Of a DNA stretch of 60,373 nucleotides, positions 42,995 to 52,483 are shown in pieces. The first letter of the stretch is position 1, and every line of letters begins with the position of its first letter. The translations under genes and the position numbers were made by a program. This DNA is from a virus. Lineage: Duplodnaviria > Caudoviricetes. Where the stretch lies: the IMG/VR virus record IMGVR_UViG_3300018418_000019, positions 1-60,373 of that record; one strand, given 5' to 3'. The notes below the pieces were generated by a model. It worked only from the letters and a program-made list of their open reading frames with translations. It had not been told where the DNA came from and made no database searches.

Positions 42995-44062
42995 ATGGCA
43001 ACTTGGAAAAGACTTCTTACTAGTGGTGACGTAGCTACGGGCACGGGCGCGGCTGGTATTGTTAACGACGGAAACGACCTGGTTACTCAGGACCACGTAT
43101 ATGAATACGTAACTCAAACAATTACCAATCTCGGTGCTGGCTCTGTAAATACGGTAAGATTTACCATGGATAGCGGCAGCGTCGACACTTCGAATGACGC
43201 AACAGTAGAGTTCAACATCCTTGGAGGTACAGGTATAACCACAGGAACTGGTACACCGCAAGCTAACTATGACGGAGCCATCACGATTGACGCCGATATT
43301 GCCAACTCGACCAATGTTGGTGTAGCATCTTTTTCCTCATCGCAGTTTAATGTGTCAGGGCAGGGGGCTGTTACTGTATCAAACACCGTCACATTTGAAT
43401 CTGGGAACCAGACTCTTGCTACAAACGGCGGTACACTAAGGCTCGATGCAGACGGAGCCCTTCAGCTTGGATTCTCTGTTGGTCAGGCTATTGCCTTTCA
43501 AACTGATGGCACCACGTTTGCTGTCATGGGCTATGACCAAGTCGACTCCACTTTGTCCCTCAATGTGGGAACAAGCGAGGGAACTCACTTCTTGCTTGAC
43601 AACTTGGGTAATGGTTCAATAGCTGGAGACTGGACTGTCGGTGGAGACCTTGTTGTTTCTGGAAACACAACGACGCTAAACACGGAGCAGCTTACCGTTG
43701 AAGACCCGCTCATTCAGATTGGCGACACCTCCGTAACCACCGCCGTTTATGAAAGCACTCTTGGGGGCGAGGGCGGAATTAAGCTTTCTGTAGGTACCGT
43801 TGATGCTACGACGCACTACGCTCAGTTTATTCATGACGAGTCTGATTCACGCCTTACTGGATGGAAGGCAAAACCTTCAGAGGCTACTGAGTCCACAAGA
43901 AGCTATGCAACGTCACCAGCCCAAAGCCAGGGCAACGTTATGATTATGGATGTTGCTGACCAAGAGTCTGTGCCTGGCGCTAGTGACAATGGAGCTGGTA
44001 TTGGCACATTGGTATGGGTTCCTCAACCAGGAGGTGCTGAGTTCTACATAAGAACGGCATAA
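42995..44062 (+). CDS. Fibre protein (MATW.. N-terminus)
   Basis: GVASFSS..F.V and VGGDLVVSGNTTTLNT..LTVEDPLI fibre motifs. Confidence 0.7.
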   Translation: MATWKRLLTSGDVATGTGAAGIVNDGNDLVTQDHVYEYVTQTITNLGAGSVNTVRFTMDSGSVDTSNDATVEFNILGGTGITTGTGTPQANYDGAITIDADIANSTNVGVASFSSSQFNVSGQGAVTVSNTVTFESGNQTLATNGGTLRLDADGALQLGFSVGQAIAFQTDGTTFAVMGYDQVDSTLSLNVGTSEGTHFLLDNLGNGSIAGDWTVGGDLVVSGNTTTLNTEQLTVEDPLIQIGDTSVTTAVYESTLGGEGGIKLSVGTVDATTHYAQFIHDESDSRLTGWKAKPSEATESTRSYATSPAQSQGNVMIMDVADQESVPGASDNGAGIGTLVWVPQPGGAEFYIRTA

Positions 44063-44066
44063 CGCT

Positions 44067-44249
44067 ATGAGTTTCTTGGATAAGATTAAGCCTAGTATGG
44101 CTGACAGCAGCGTGCTCTCTGATGACGAGCTTAGGTACATACTTATGATGATAGCCGAGTCTACGTTCTCTGGAAAGGACGTACTCGTAGTTTCAGAAAT
44201 AGTAAATAAAATTCAAAAGAAGTTAGATGGAACACCTAACAAAAGATGA
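44067..44249 (+). CDS. Small helical protein (possible fibre chaperone)
   Basis: LSDDELRYIL...F.GKD...IV.KIQ; similar to the next gene. Confidence 0.6.
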   Translation: MSFLDKIKPSMADSSVLSDDELRYILMMIAESTFSGKDVLVVSEIVNKIQKKLDGTPNKR

Positions 44250-44418
44250 AATCGTATTCCTGCTTCAGGCAGTTGCGATGACGCCAATCAAGGCTGGTGA
44301 CGCTAAGGCCGTCATCGTTCTTGTAGACAAACTCAACAGTATCGCTGAGTCACTATCTTTGTCTGAGACTGAAGCAGAGCCCGACAAGGCTAAGCCCAGT
44401 CCCAGAACGAAGAAGTAA
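44227..44418 (+). CDS. Small helical protein, likely paralog of previous
   Basis: LTKDEIVFLL...IKAGD...LV.KLN. Confidence 0.6.
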   Translation: MEHLTKDEIVFLLQAVAMTPIKAGDAKAVIVLVDKLNSIAESLSLSETEAEPDKAKPSPRTKK

Positions 44419-45761
44419 TGGCTACCTGGCAAAGAATACTTACTACAGCAGACCTTGGTGACGGCTCAGTAACCGACACAAGTCTCGCTACCCACAATCA
44501 GAACCTTAGCGGTAACAGAATCATTGGGGCCCAGAACTCTACCAACCTTACAATAAAGGGTGATAGCGGGTCGCTTGATGGTTCATCACCTCTTATTGCT
44601 AGATTCTCTGCCGTAGGTGGAGACTCTACATCAGTAACCGAATTGTTCGGGTCGGTACAACTTAGACCATTTCAAAGCGGGGGGAGTACATTTAACCAGG
44701 GAGCCCTGTCTTTCTATGAGGCGGGGAGTAATGGTGAGAATTTTATCTCAGTATTTGCTCCTACGTCGCTTTCGAGTAGCCATAGCTTTGCTCTACCAAT
44801 AGGGCCAGCAGACCTTGACAACAATGGATATTTCCTTACACTTGAGGATTCACCCAGTGAACCGTACACAAGCAAGTGGGTTTGGAAAACCATAATTGAC
44901 ACGCCAGAGATTGAGGGCGGGGCAGGGGAGCCAGCTGGCAGTGTTGTCGGTAACGCCGACCCCGACAAATTCTACATGCTGGTTCATGATGCTGACAGCG
45001 ATTCGTTAAAGCACATGGACATTCAGGAGCTCTATGGCGCTATAACGACATCGTTGTTTCAGGCTTTGATAGACTCTGGTTACGGAAGTACAGAAGCTTA
45101 TACTGGAACCAGTGGACTTCTTGGCGACATCAACAACGACGGCGACGTTGGTACGGCTGACTTGCTCGAATTTTTGACGCAGTTTGGTCAAGTAGAAACG
45201 GCCTCACCAACCACGGTTACGATTACATCTACCCCGCCAACTTCGGGACCATTCGATTTGGGTCAGGTGCTTGACATCGGCGCAGGCGACGCCGCTGTAA
45301 ACTCGGGAGACTTCGCCACAACGGTTAATGTTGCTCAGGACTGGTTTACTATTGATGAGGGCCTTAATAATGCCCTTACTCAATACCCAAACAAAACCAT
45401 CGTTGTTGAGCCAGCCAGTGGATACACGAACAACGCACTGTTTGTTCAGGTTAATACGATTGTTACAGAGTCCGTCACGTTCTCAATAAGAGTGCAGTCA
45501 TACAATGATGCGGGGGATGAGCTGTCAGACGAGGAATACATCCTCCATACATTTAATACGACAGGTGTCCCAGGAGATAATTATTACGGGTTCCCCTTGG
45601 TGTCTATACCAGGGGACCAACTAGGAATTAACGGACCCAACAACCCTGCTGGTAGTGGCGTAGCTAGTATAAAAGTCAGGTTCCTTATTAAGGATGAATC
45701 TGGTTATGTGGGTAGTGCAGGAATAAACGGAATCAAGTTCTCACTTACAGTAACACCTTGA
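44418..45761 (+). CDS. Fibre/appendage protein containing a dockerin-like Ca-binding motif
   Basis: MATWQRILT start; GDINNDGDVGTADLLEFLTQFG at 45123-45188. Confidence 0.65.
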   Translation: MATWQRILTTADLGDGSVTDTSLATHNQNLSGNRIIGAQNSTNLTIKGDSGSLDGSSPLIARFSAVGGDSTSVTELFGSVQLRPFQSGGSTFNQGALSFYEAGSNGENFISVFAPTSLSSSHSFALPIGPADLDNNGYFLTLEDSPSEPYTSKWVWKTIIDTPEIEGGAGEPAGSVVGNADPDKFYMLVHDADSDSLKHMDIQELYGAITTSLFQALIDSGYGSTEAYTGTSGLLGDINNDGDVGTADLLEFLTQFGQVETASPTTVTITSTPPTSGPFDLGQVLDIGAGDAAVNSGDFATTVNVAQDWFTIDEGLNNALTQYPNKTIVVEPASGYTNNALFVQVNTIVTESVTFSIRVQSYNDAGDELSDEEYILHTFNTTGVPGDNYYGFPLVSIPGDQLGINGPNNPAGSGVASIKVRFLIKDESGYVGSAGINGIKFSLTVTP

Positions 45762-45762
45762 T

Positions 45763-47952
45763 ATGCCTCTAATTAAAGTTAGACTTAAGGACAACAATGT
45801 TGCGCTCACGTTCGTTGGCTCATCTACCGTCGTTCGAGTAGATAATGACAGTGAGCTTATAGCCACAGCAAACACGAGTGATGTTAATGCTGTAGATGTT
45901 AAGTACGCTGTTGATAATGCCCCAGTGATTTTGAGCTGGCCGTTTGGAGATTTCAGAGAGGTCACTGACTTAGCTGGAAATACATCCATATCTATGGGGG
46001 CTACCAGAGACCAAGTTGTTACTAGGCTTAATGAGATATTTGATTCTGGTTCTGGTGACTACGGCAGCCTAAAGAATATAGACGGCATCAGCATAACCTC
46101 TCCTCAAAACGGAGACGTGCTGGTGTTTAACAGTGGCACCAAAGAGTTCGAGAACGACAGCCAGAGGCACACCACAACAACTGGCTTGTCTCTTGACGGC
46201 GCGGGTGTGCTGACTTTGACTCAGACGAACGAGAAGAGCCAGGACTCTACTGTGACTGTTGACCTATCGACACTTGGCGGTGGCTCTAGCGACAACATGG
46301 CTACTGCAGACCTTACTGTGTCGTCAGCAAGAAACCACACGCTTAACGCTGGCCTTGATTTCGTTGTTGCTCAGGGCGGTGACTTCACCGTAAGAACCTC
46401 TGGTGGCTCAGACCGCATAGTGGCTCTGGGCAATGGGGTTAAGATTAACAACATCACCTACCCGTCGTCTGACGGGACAAGCGGTCAGTTCCTTTCGACC
46501 AACGGTTCTGGCACGATTTCATTTCAGTCCCTCGTTAGTGGTAATGATAACGCAACGGTTTCCGTAGATAATGGTGACCTTAAGATAGAGGTTAACCCAA
46601 AGTATATCACGGAGACTGTTAAGAATGTTAGTGGCGCAACTCTTGCGAAAGGAACTCCAGTTCACGTCACTGGCTCTTCTGGCAACACTGCTGAGGTTAT
46701 CGCTGCAGATGCAGCCACAAACTACCCAGCTCATTTTGTCTTGAATGAAGACATTGCGGACGATGTAGAGGGAGATGCTATTGCCGTTGGTTTCATAAAC
46801 AACGTAAGCGTTCCTAACGCCTCCATATATACAGAGGGACAGACAGTTTACCTGGGCTCTAGTGGTGGGTGGACGACAACTAAGCCAACTGGAACTAATG
46901 CCATTCAGAACCTTGGTGTCATCATCAATGTTAACACAACTTCCAACACCGTGTCTGGTATTGTTATGGGTGCTGGTAGGTCTAATGATGTTCCCAATAT
47001 CCCCAATGGTCAGACGTGGATTGGAAACGCCTCTGGCGTAGCCACGCCCACTACTCTGGCCGATGTAGCTACTAGCGGAGCATACGCTGACTTGAGCGGT
47101 ACCCCATCTATTCCAGTGTCGGGCGTAGACTTTGACCCTGTCGGTACAGATAACTCCACTGATGTAACTCTTGCAGGAGCCTATAACTACTTGACGCTTT
47201 CTGGTCAGCAGATTACTCTCGGACAGGTAGACTACACGACAGACATATCTAACACCCCTACAATTCCAACCTCAGGGGTTGATTTCGACCCTGTAGGTAC
47301 GGACAACAGTACGGATGTATCTGTAAACGCTAATGCTACGGACGTTCTGCGAATGAATCCAGGGCAAATTCTTGGCTCACAAGACGCAGGGGCTGATAAG
47401 CTCGTCTTCTGGGATGACTCTGAAGGCAAGCTTACTTACGCTACGATTGGCACTAACCTGACTATGACGGCTGACACTCTCAGCGCGTCAGGAGGCGGAG
47501 GAGGAAGTGCAAACATGTCTCAGACATTTAGTGCTCCCACAAACACAGGCGAGTTCCAAGACGGGGCTAGGCTTGTGACTGACGCCTATGGCACAGCTCC
47601 ATCTGCTACGGCTGGTACGCTGGTGAGCTTTGGGGCTACAAACGTTGCGGCTGTTGGCGCTACGTCTAATGCTGCTGCTGCCACAGGTATGATTACTGTT
47701 GTCACAGACGCAGCTAGTGGCGACGAACTTCTGGTGGAGGGGGTGATTAAGTTGTCTACGGCAACTACCACTACGCTGCTTCCCACAACAACTAAGAAAG
47801 GCACTGCTGTGTACATGAGCACAACTGATGGGGCTGTCACAAGCACGGCCCCGAGCACAGCTGGTGAATTTGTTAGAGTCGTAGGCCACGTAGTGGACGC
47901 GACAAATAGAACCATCTACTTCAAACCTGACAATACTTGGCTTGAGCTATGA
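45763..47952 (+). CDS. Long fibre protein with internal duplication
   Basis: YPSSDGTSGQFLSTNGSG, VKN.SG...KGTPV, GAGRSNDVPN, duplicated SGVDFDPVGTDNSTDV, C-terminal G..VR.VG...IYF.PD.TW. Confidence 0.7.
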   Translation: MPLIKVRLKDNNVALTFVGSSTVVRVDNDSELIATANTSDVNAVDVKYAVDNAPVILSWPFGDFREVTDLAGNTSISMGATRDQVVTRLNEIFDSGSGDYGSLKNIDGISITSPQNGDVLVFNSGTKEFENDSQRHTTTTGLSLDGAGVLTLTQTNEKSQDSTVTVDLSTLGGGSSDNMATADLTVSSARNHTLNAGLDFVVAQGGDFTVRTSGGSDRIVALGNGVKINNITYPSSDGTSGQFLSTNGSGTISFQSLVSGNDNATVSVDNGDLKIEVNPKYITETVKNVSGATLAKGTPVHVTGSSGNTAEVIAADAATNYPAHFVLNEDIADDVEGDAIAVGFINNVSVPNASIYTEGQTVYLGSSGGWTTTKPTGTNAIQNLGVIINVNTTSNTVSGIVMGAGRSNDVPNIPNGQTWIGNASGVATPTTLADVATSGAYADLSGTPSIPVSGVDFDPVGTDNSTDVTLAGAYNYLTLSGQQITLGQVDYTTDISNTPTIPTSGVDFDPVGTDNSTDVSVNANATDVLRMNPGQILGSQDAGADKLVFWDDSEGKLTYATIGTNLTMTADTLSASGGGGGSANMSQTFSAPTNTGEFQDGARLVTDAYGTAPSATAGTLVSFGATNVAAVGATSNAAAATGMITVVTDAASGDELLVEGVIKLSTATTTTLLPTTTKKGTAVYMSTTDGAVTSTAPSTAGEFVRVVGHVVDATNRTIYFKPDNTWLEL

Positions 47953-49238
47953 GTAAGATTATCGGAGTTGATACAGCGAACATCGACAACATCTCTGGTC
48001 TCGGTACTGGAGGTGGTGGAGGCGGCATCACCCCTGCCCCTGTAACCACAGATTCAGGCGTAGTGGTATGCCCTTACAACCTCATTCCTTACGGGCCGTT
48101 TCCCACGGCGGAAGCTTCAAGCTATACGAACCTTATCAACATGCTGAAGGTTTCCGACATCACGGGTGTTCAGAAACTATCGGCAAACTGGTATAATTAT
48201 GCAGCCCTAAAAACCAATGGTGATTTGTACGTTGGTGGCTGGTCCCTCACCAACTCAATGGGGCTGAATTCCACTGATAGTAACGACGCTGGCAACAACG
48301 GGGGCATGTTCCTGACCCTTACTGGGGTGTCTAAGGTGGCTCACCACAATGGCGGTATGTGGGCTGTTAAAACAAACGGCACCTTGTGGTGGTCTGGAAA
48401 CAGCGGCCAATACCTCAACACCGCAGGCACAGGAGCGAGCTATACCAACTCACAGTACAAGTGGACTCAAGTAGGCACTGATACAGACTGGGTGGATATT
48501 TCGTCAGAGTGGAACTACCCTTATACGGCCATAGCCATCAAGGGCTCTTCGGGTTCTCAGTACCTATACAGCTGCGGATACAATCAAAGCTATGGTACTG
48601 GTTTGGGAATAACTGGCGGCACGACCTTACAGTTCACTCGTGTCAAGTCAGACGCCTCTACCGACCTTGCTGAGAGCTTCTCAGAAATCTACATCAGCTA
48701 CTCTTCTTGTTTGGCTATCACCGAAAGCGGCAAGCTGTTTTCGTGGGGTGAGAATCAGTATGGAGTTCTGGGTGACGGCACCACAACTGACAAGCCTTAT
48801 GCCACGCAAGTTGGAACTGATACCGACTGGTCTAAGGTTTGGGTGAATCGCTATGGAGGTTTTGCCATGAAGACTAACGGCGCGATGTACATGAGTACAT
48901 CTCGAAGTAGCTGGAGAATAGAGCCAAACCTGAATAAAGTGTTCACGCAAATTGGAACCGATACGGATTACGAAGACCTTGCCGTATTCCAAGGAGGCAA
49001 CTCATATAATTACCTCGTATTTGCGAAAAAGAACGGGGTGTGGTACGTTTCTTCTGGGCAGACAAACGACGGTGGAAGCTGGGTTGGAGATACAGCTCAA
49101 ACTGCCACCACTGCGGATTCTTGGGTATCTCTAAGCTCGTATATGCAAAATGCACCTACTGGCACGGTTGACTACTTGTACCCCATTCAAAGCTACTCAG
49201 CACAAGCAGAACCAAGCTTAATCTTTGCTTTGTCATGA
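47949..49238 (+). CDS. RCC1-repeat beta-propeller protein (candidate receptor-binding protein)
   Basis: Repeats A.KTNG.L, SWGENQYGVLGDGTTTD, TQ(V/I)GTDTD(W/Y) x3. Confidence 0.75.
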   Translation: MSKIIGVDTANIDNISGLGTGGGGGGITPAPVTTDSGVVVCPYNLIPYGPFPTAEASSYTNLINMLKVSDITGVQKLSANWYNYAALKTNGDLYVGGWSLTNSMGLNSTDSNDAGNNGGMFLTLTGVSKVAHHNGGMWAVKTNGTLWWSGNSGQYLNTAGTGASYTNSQYKWTQVGTDTDWVDISSEWNYPYTAIAIKGSSGSQYLYSCGYNQSYGTGLGITGGTTLQFTRVKSDASTDLAESFSEIYISYSSCLAITESGKLFSWGENQYGVLGDGTTTDKPYATQVGTDTDWSKVWVNRYGGFAMKTNGAMYMSTSRSSWRIEPNLNKVFTQIGTDTDYEDLAVFQGGNSYNYLVFAKKNGVWYVSSGQTNDGGSWVGDTAQTATTADSWVSLSSYMQNAPTGTVDYLYPIQSYSAQAEPSLIFALS

Positions 49239-49489
49239 AACGTACAATAACCATCTCAACACAATCGGACCTCCAGCAGACATGGACACACGCTAACTGC
49301 CCCAACATGGCGTGGGGCTTTAACGAGCAAACCCTAGAAGAGTGCCTGCAAGAAGACGGAACATACGTCGCCACCTACGAAACGCTAGAGATACCAGAGG
49401 GTGAGACCATGTGTTTCACGTACCTGACTGGCTCTGGAGAAACAACTTATCATCTTCAGGCTGGTGAATATGGGGTAAAACCAGAGTAA
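49235..49489 (+). CDS. Hypothetical protein
   Basis: ATGA-coupled to the RCC1-like gene. Confidence 0.6.
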   Translation: MKRTITISTQSDLQQTWTHANCPNMAWGFNEQTLEECLQEDGTYVATYETLEIPEGETMCFTYLTGSGETTYHLQAGEYGVKPE

Positions 49490-49490
49490 T

Positions 49491-49498
49491 TATATTTG
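49491..49498 (+). promoter_or_regulatory. Sigma-70 -7 element (TATATTTG)
   Basis: 4 nt before ATG 49503. Confidence 0.7.
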
Positions 49499-49502
49499 CA
49501 TT

Positions 49503-49793
49503 ATGAGTTCTGATGGAAGGATAAAGAATCTTCTAAAGAAGCACGGGCTTTCTGGTGTTAACAAACCCAAAAGAACGCCCAAGCATCCTAAGAAATCTCA
49601 CCTTGTCCTAGCTAAGGTCGGCGAGGCAGTTCGTCTTATCCGTTTCGGGGAGCAGGGTGCAGACACAGTGACGGAGTCTAATCCTTCTGGTGCCAGAAAA
49701 AAGAAGCAGGATTCATTTAAGGCTCGCCATGCAAAGAATATAGCCAAGGGAAAGATGAGCGCGGCGTACTGGGCCAATAAAGTAAAGTGGTAA
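49503..49793 (+). CDS. Basic phage protein (IRFG...FKARH...SAAYWA motif)
   Basis: NKPKRTP.HP.KSH.V.AK...IRFGEQG...FKARHAKNI.KGKMSAAYWANKVKW; function unknown. Confidence 0.75.
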   Translation: MSSDGRIKNLLKKHGLSGVNKPKRTPKHPKKSHLVLAKVGEAVRLIRFGEQGADTVTESNPSGARKKKQDSFKARHAKNIAKGKMSAAYWANKVKW

Positions 49794-49808
49794 AATAATT
49801 TAATAGAC

Positions 49809-50951
49809 ATGAAAGATTTAGCAACAGCGATGCAGGACGCTGGGTTTTCAATTAGTGATACCCCCCCTGCTCAAGAAACAACTCAACAAGATGTTCAGCA
49901 AACTGAAGCACCAGTTGAACAAGCTGCTCCTCCTGTTGAGGAACCAGTTTCTCAACCTCAAAGTGAACCTACTCCAGAGTATAAGCTGGTGGATGAGCCG
50001 CCAGTCCAACAAGCTCAGGAAGAAGTTGTTACGCAACAAGAGGTAACGCAACAAGAGGTAACTCAACAACAGAATGACTTCTCTCAGGAGGAAGTAGATT
50101 CTGAAGTTCTGAGATACATGAGCGAAAAGCTCGGTATTCAGTTCGACAGTTTCGACTCAATTCAGGAGAGATTCAATACAGCCCCGACGGAAATCGACGA
50201 GCGGGTAGCTGCTATTAACAACTTCGTTCGTGAGACGGGGCGGAGTCCAGAGGATTGGTATACGTATCAGCGGTTGAATACATCCGAAATGGATGACCTT
50301 ACTGCCGTGCGTAACCAGATGAAGATGCAACACAGCAACCTCAACTCGGAAGAGATTGATATGCTGTTGAGCAACAAGTACCGACTGGACCCAGACCTGA
50401 ATACCGAGCAAGATGTTAAGATGTCGCAGCTCCAACTTAAGATGGATGCGGAGCAGGCGCGCCGCGACATAGAGGGGATTCGTTCCAAGTACGAGTCTCC
50501 AGAAATTAATAGCGAAGCGCCAGAATCCTTCATCACCGACGAGTGGGTTTCCTCAATGAGACGTGAGGTTCAAGACCTCGATGGGCTAGTCTTTGGATTG
50601 CCTAGCGGTCAGCAGTTCACGTATGGTCTTGACAACAAGTACAAGGCCACCCTTATTGAGAAAAATGCAAAACTCGACCAGTACTTCGATGACTATATCA
50701 CCGACTCTGGTAGCTGGGACTTTGATAAGCTCAGCTCACACAGGGCTTTGATTGATAACATCGACGAGATTGTAGCTTCAGTGTACCGTCAGGGCATGAG
50801 CGATGGACAACGAAAGGTTGTACAAAGCGCTGGCAATGTTTCTACGAACACAGCCCCAAGGCAGAACACTGAACCAAGCACCTCGACAAAACTGGAAGAG
50901 CAGCTTAGAAACGCATTCGGAGAAAGAGGGGGGATGACTTTTAAGTATTAA
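49809..50951 (+). CDS. Putative capsid scaffolding protein
   Basis: Acidic E/Q/P-rich disordered N-terminus and helical remainder; directly upstream of the capsid gene. Confidence 0.65.
   Translation: MKDLATAMQDAGFSISDTPPAQETTQQDVQQTEAPVEQAAPPVEEPVSQPQSEPTPEYKLVDEPPVQQAQEEVVTQQEVTQQEVTQQQNDFSQEEVDSEVLRYMSEKLGIQFDSFDSIQERFNTAPTEIDERVAAINNFVRETGRSPEDWYTYQRLNTSEMDDLTAVRNQMKMQHSNLNSEEIDMLLSNKYRLDPDLNTEQDVKMSQLQLKMDAEQARRDIEGIRSKYESPEINSEAPESFITDEWVSSMRREVQDLDGLVFGLPSGQQFTYGLDNKYKATLIEKNAKLDQYFDDYITDSGSWDFDKLSSHRALIDNIDEIVASVYRQGMSDGQRKVVQSAGNVSTNTAPRQNTEPSTSTKLEEQLRNAFGERGGMTFKY
50025..50069 (+). repeat. 15-bp coding tandem repeat (xVTQQ x3)
   Basis: GTTGTTACGCAACAA GAGGTAACGCAACAA GAGGTAACTCAACAA. 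Confidence 0.7.
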
Positions 50952-50970
50952 CGCCTAAAAAAAAATTATC

Positions 50971-52416
50971 ATGGCATCAATTTCTTTGAGCCAGAGTGGG
51001 ACCACTCCTGTAGGGACGGGTCCAGTTGGAATCAACAACTCTGTATTTAATCAGCTCGACCCGACGAAATACACGTCGCTGTTCGACTTTATTAACGAGG
51101 TAAACGCACCAGACGTTCGTGCCAACCTCATCAAGACCTTTGGGGACCAAGGTATCACGGGCTTCTTGAAGCTCACGGGTGCCGTTAACAACGCAGGTAC
51201 TGCCGACGAGGTTACGTACTGGGAGGAGGCTCGCCTCCACCAGAGACAAACTGGTCTCGTTGTAGCGACCGTTGCTGCCACGGGTAAGTCTTTCCAAATC
51301 GACGGCGTAACCGCTCACGGTGGAAGTGCATACAACGAGCAAGCTGAGGATGCCAGCGTTAAGGCGCTCGTTGCTCGTGAAGGTGATATCCTTCTCGTCA
51401 ACGGCTCGGACAGATGTATCGTTACCGATATAACTATTAACTCGTCTACTGGAGCCGCTGTGATTACCCTTCACACGCTCTCTAACAGTGGACTGTCTGT
51501 TGGTGTTACAACCGATGCTGCTGTTGATTTGCCTATCGTTGGTAACATGTTCGAGCAGGGTTCGGACCAGCCAGGTCGTTTCCTTGAGTCTAACGTGATT
51601 AAGAGAACCAACCCGTACAGCATCATCAAGGAGACGTACAAGGTTAGCGGGTCTCAGGCCACTAACATCGGATACGTAGACCTCGGTAACGGTGACTACA
51701 GATGGTACATCAAGGGTGAGCAAGACACTCGTCAGCGCTTTATGGATAAGCGTGAGATGACCTTGTTGCTCGGTGAGAAGGCAACCACGGACCAAGCGGC
51801 AGTTACTGTCAGCGGTTCTGAGGGCTACTTCGCTGCCTTGGAGAACAGAGGCTTGGTTACTAGCGGTCAGATTGGTAGCGGCTCCACCACGGATTTTGGT
51901 GACATCGACGCAATCATTACGCAACTCGACAAGCAGGGGGCTCCTTCGGAGTACGCTATCTACGCAAACACTGGACAGATGTTGTTGTTGGATAACATGT
52001 TGGCTAATGGTGGTACGGCGTCTACCTCTGGCTTGAGCGTTAACTACGGTGCGTTCAACAACGACAAAGACATGGCTGTCAACCTCGGTTTCCAATCGTT
52101 TGCTCGTGGTGGATACACCTTCCACAAGCACAGCTGGAAGCTCTTGAACGACCCAACGTTGTTGGACGGTTCTGATTACAAGGGTGTTATGATTCCTCTC
52201 GCTAACGTCGTCGACGCAAAGACTGGAAACAGAGCGCCTGCTTTGGAGATGAACTACAAGGCTGCTGGCGGTTACAGCAGAGAGATGGAGCACTGGGTGA
52301 CTGGTGGTGGCGTCCTCGGTTTCACTACCGATACAAAGGATGTTGCTCAGTTCAACTACCGCTCTGAGTGCAACTTGATTACTCGCGCTGCAAACCAGCA
52401 CGTTTTGATTAAGTAA
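50971..52416 (+). CDS. Major capsid protein
   Basis: 481 aa, strongly biased codons, W.E..RLH, N...IIKE.Y.VSGS, LGF..F.RG.Y.F.K..WK.LND, SE..L....AN; followed by a terminator. Confidence 0.85.
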   Translation: MASISLSQSGTTPVGTGPVGINNSVFNQLDPTKYTSLFDFINEVNAPDVRANLIKTFGDQGITGFLKLTGAVNNAGTADEVTYWEEARLHQRQTGLVVATVAATGKSFQIDGVTAHGGSAYNEQAEDASVKALVAREGDILLVNGSDRCIVTDITINSSTGAAVITLHTLSNSGLSVGVTTDAAVDLPIVGNMFEQGSDQPGRFLESNVIKRTNPYSIIKETYKVSGSQATNIGYVDLGNGDYRWYIKGEQDTRQRFMDKREMTLLLGEKATTDQAAVTVSGSEGYFAALENRGLVTSGQIGSGSTTDFGDIDAIITQLDKQGAPSEYAIYANTGQMLLLDNMLANGGTASTSGLSVNYGAFNNDKDMAVNLGFQSFARGGYTFHKHSWKLLNDPTLLDGSDYKGVMIPLANVVDAKTGNRAPALEMNYKAAGGYSREMEHWVTGGGVLGFTTDTKDVAQFNYRSECNLITRAANQHVLIK

Positions 52417-52433
52417 TAATCTTAACTGGTAAT

Positions 52434-52462
52434 AGGGAGGGGGAACTGCCTCCTCCCCTTTA
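52434..52462 (+). terminator. Rho-independent terminator after capsid gene
   Basis: GGGAGGGGG-AACTG-CCTCCTCCC followed by a short T-run. Confidence 0.6.
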
Positions 52463-52483
52463 CTTCAAATAACATTTACTATC

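Noticed and set aside
47100-47320. Duplicated SGVDFDPVGTDNSTDV segment as a DGR template/variable pair
   Set aside because: Differences are mainly synonymous rather than adenine-specific, both copies are coding, and no reverse transcriptase is seen.
50977-52401. 474-aa antisense ORF covering the capsid gene
   Set aside because: It is codon-aligned with the capsid gene and has atypical composition; strong sense-strand codon bias readily explains the lack of antisense stops.
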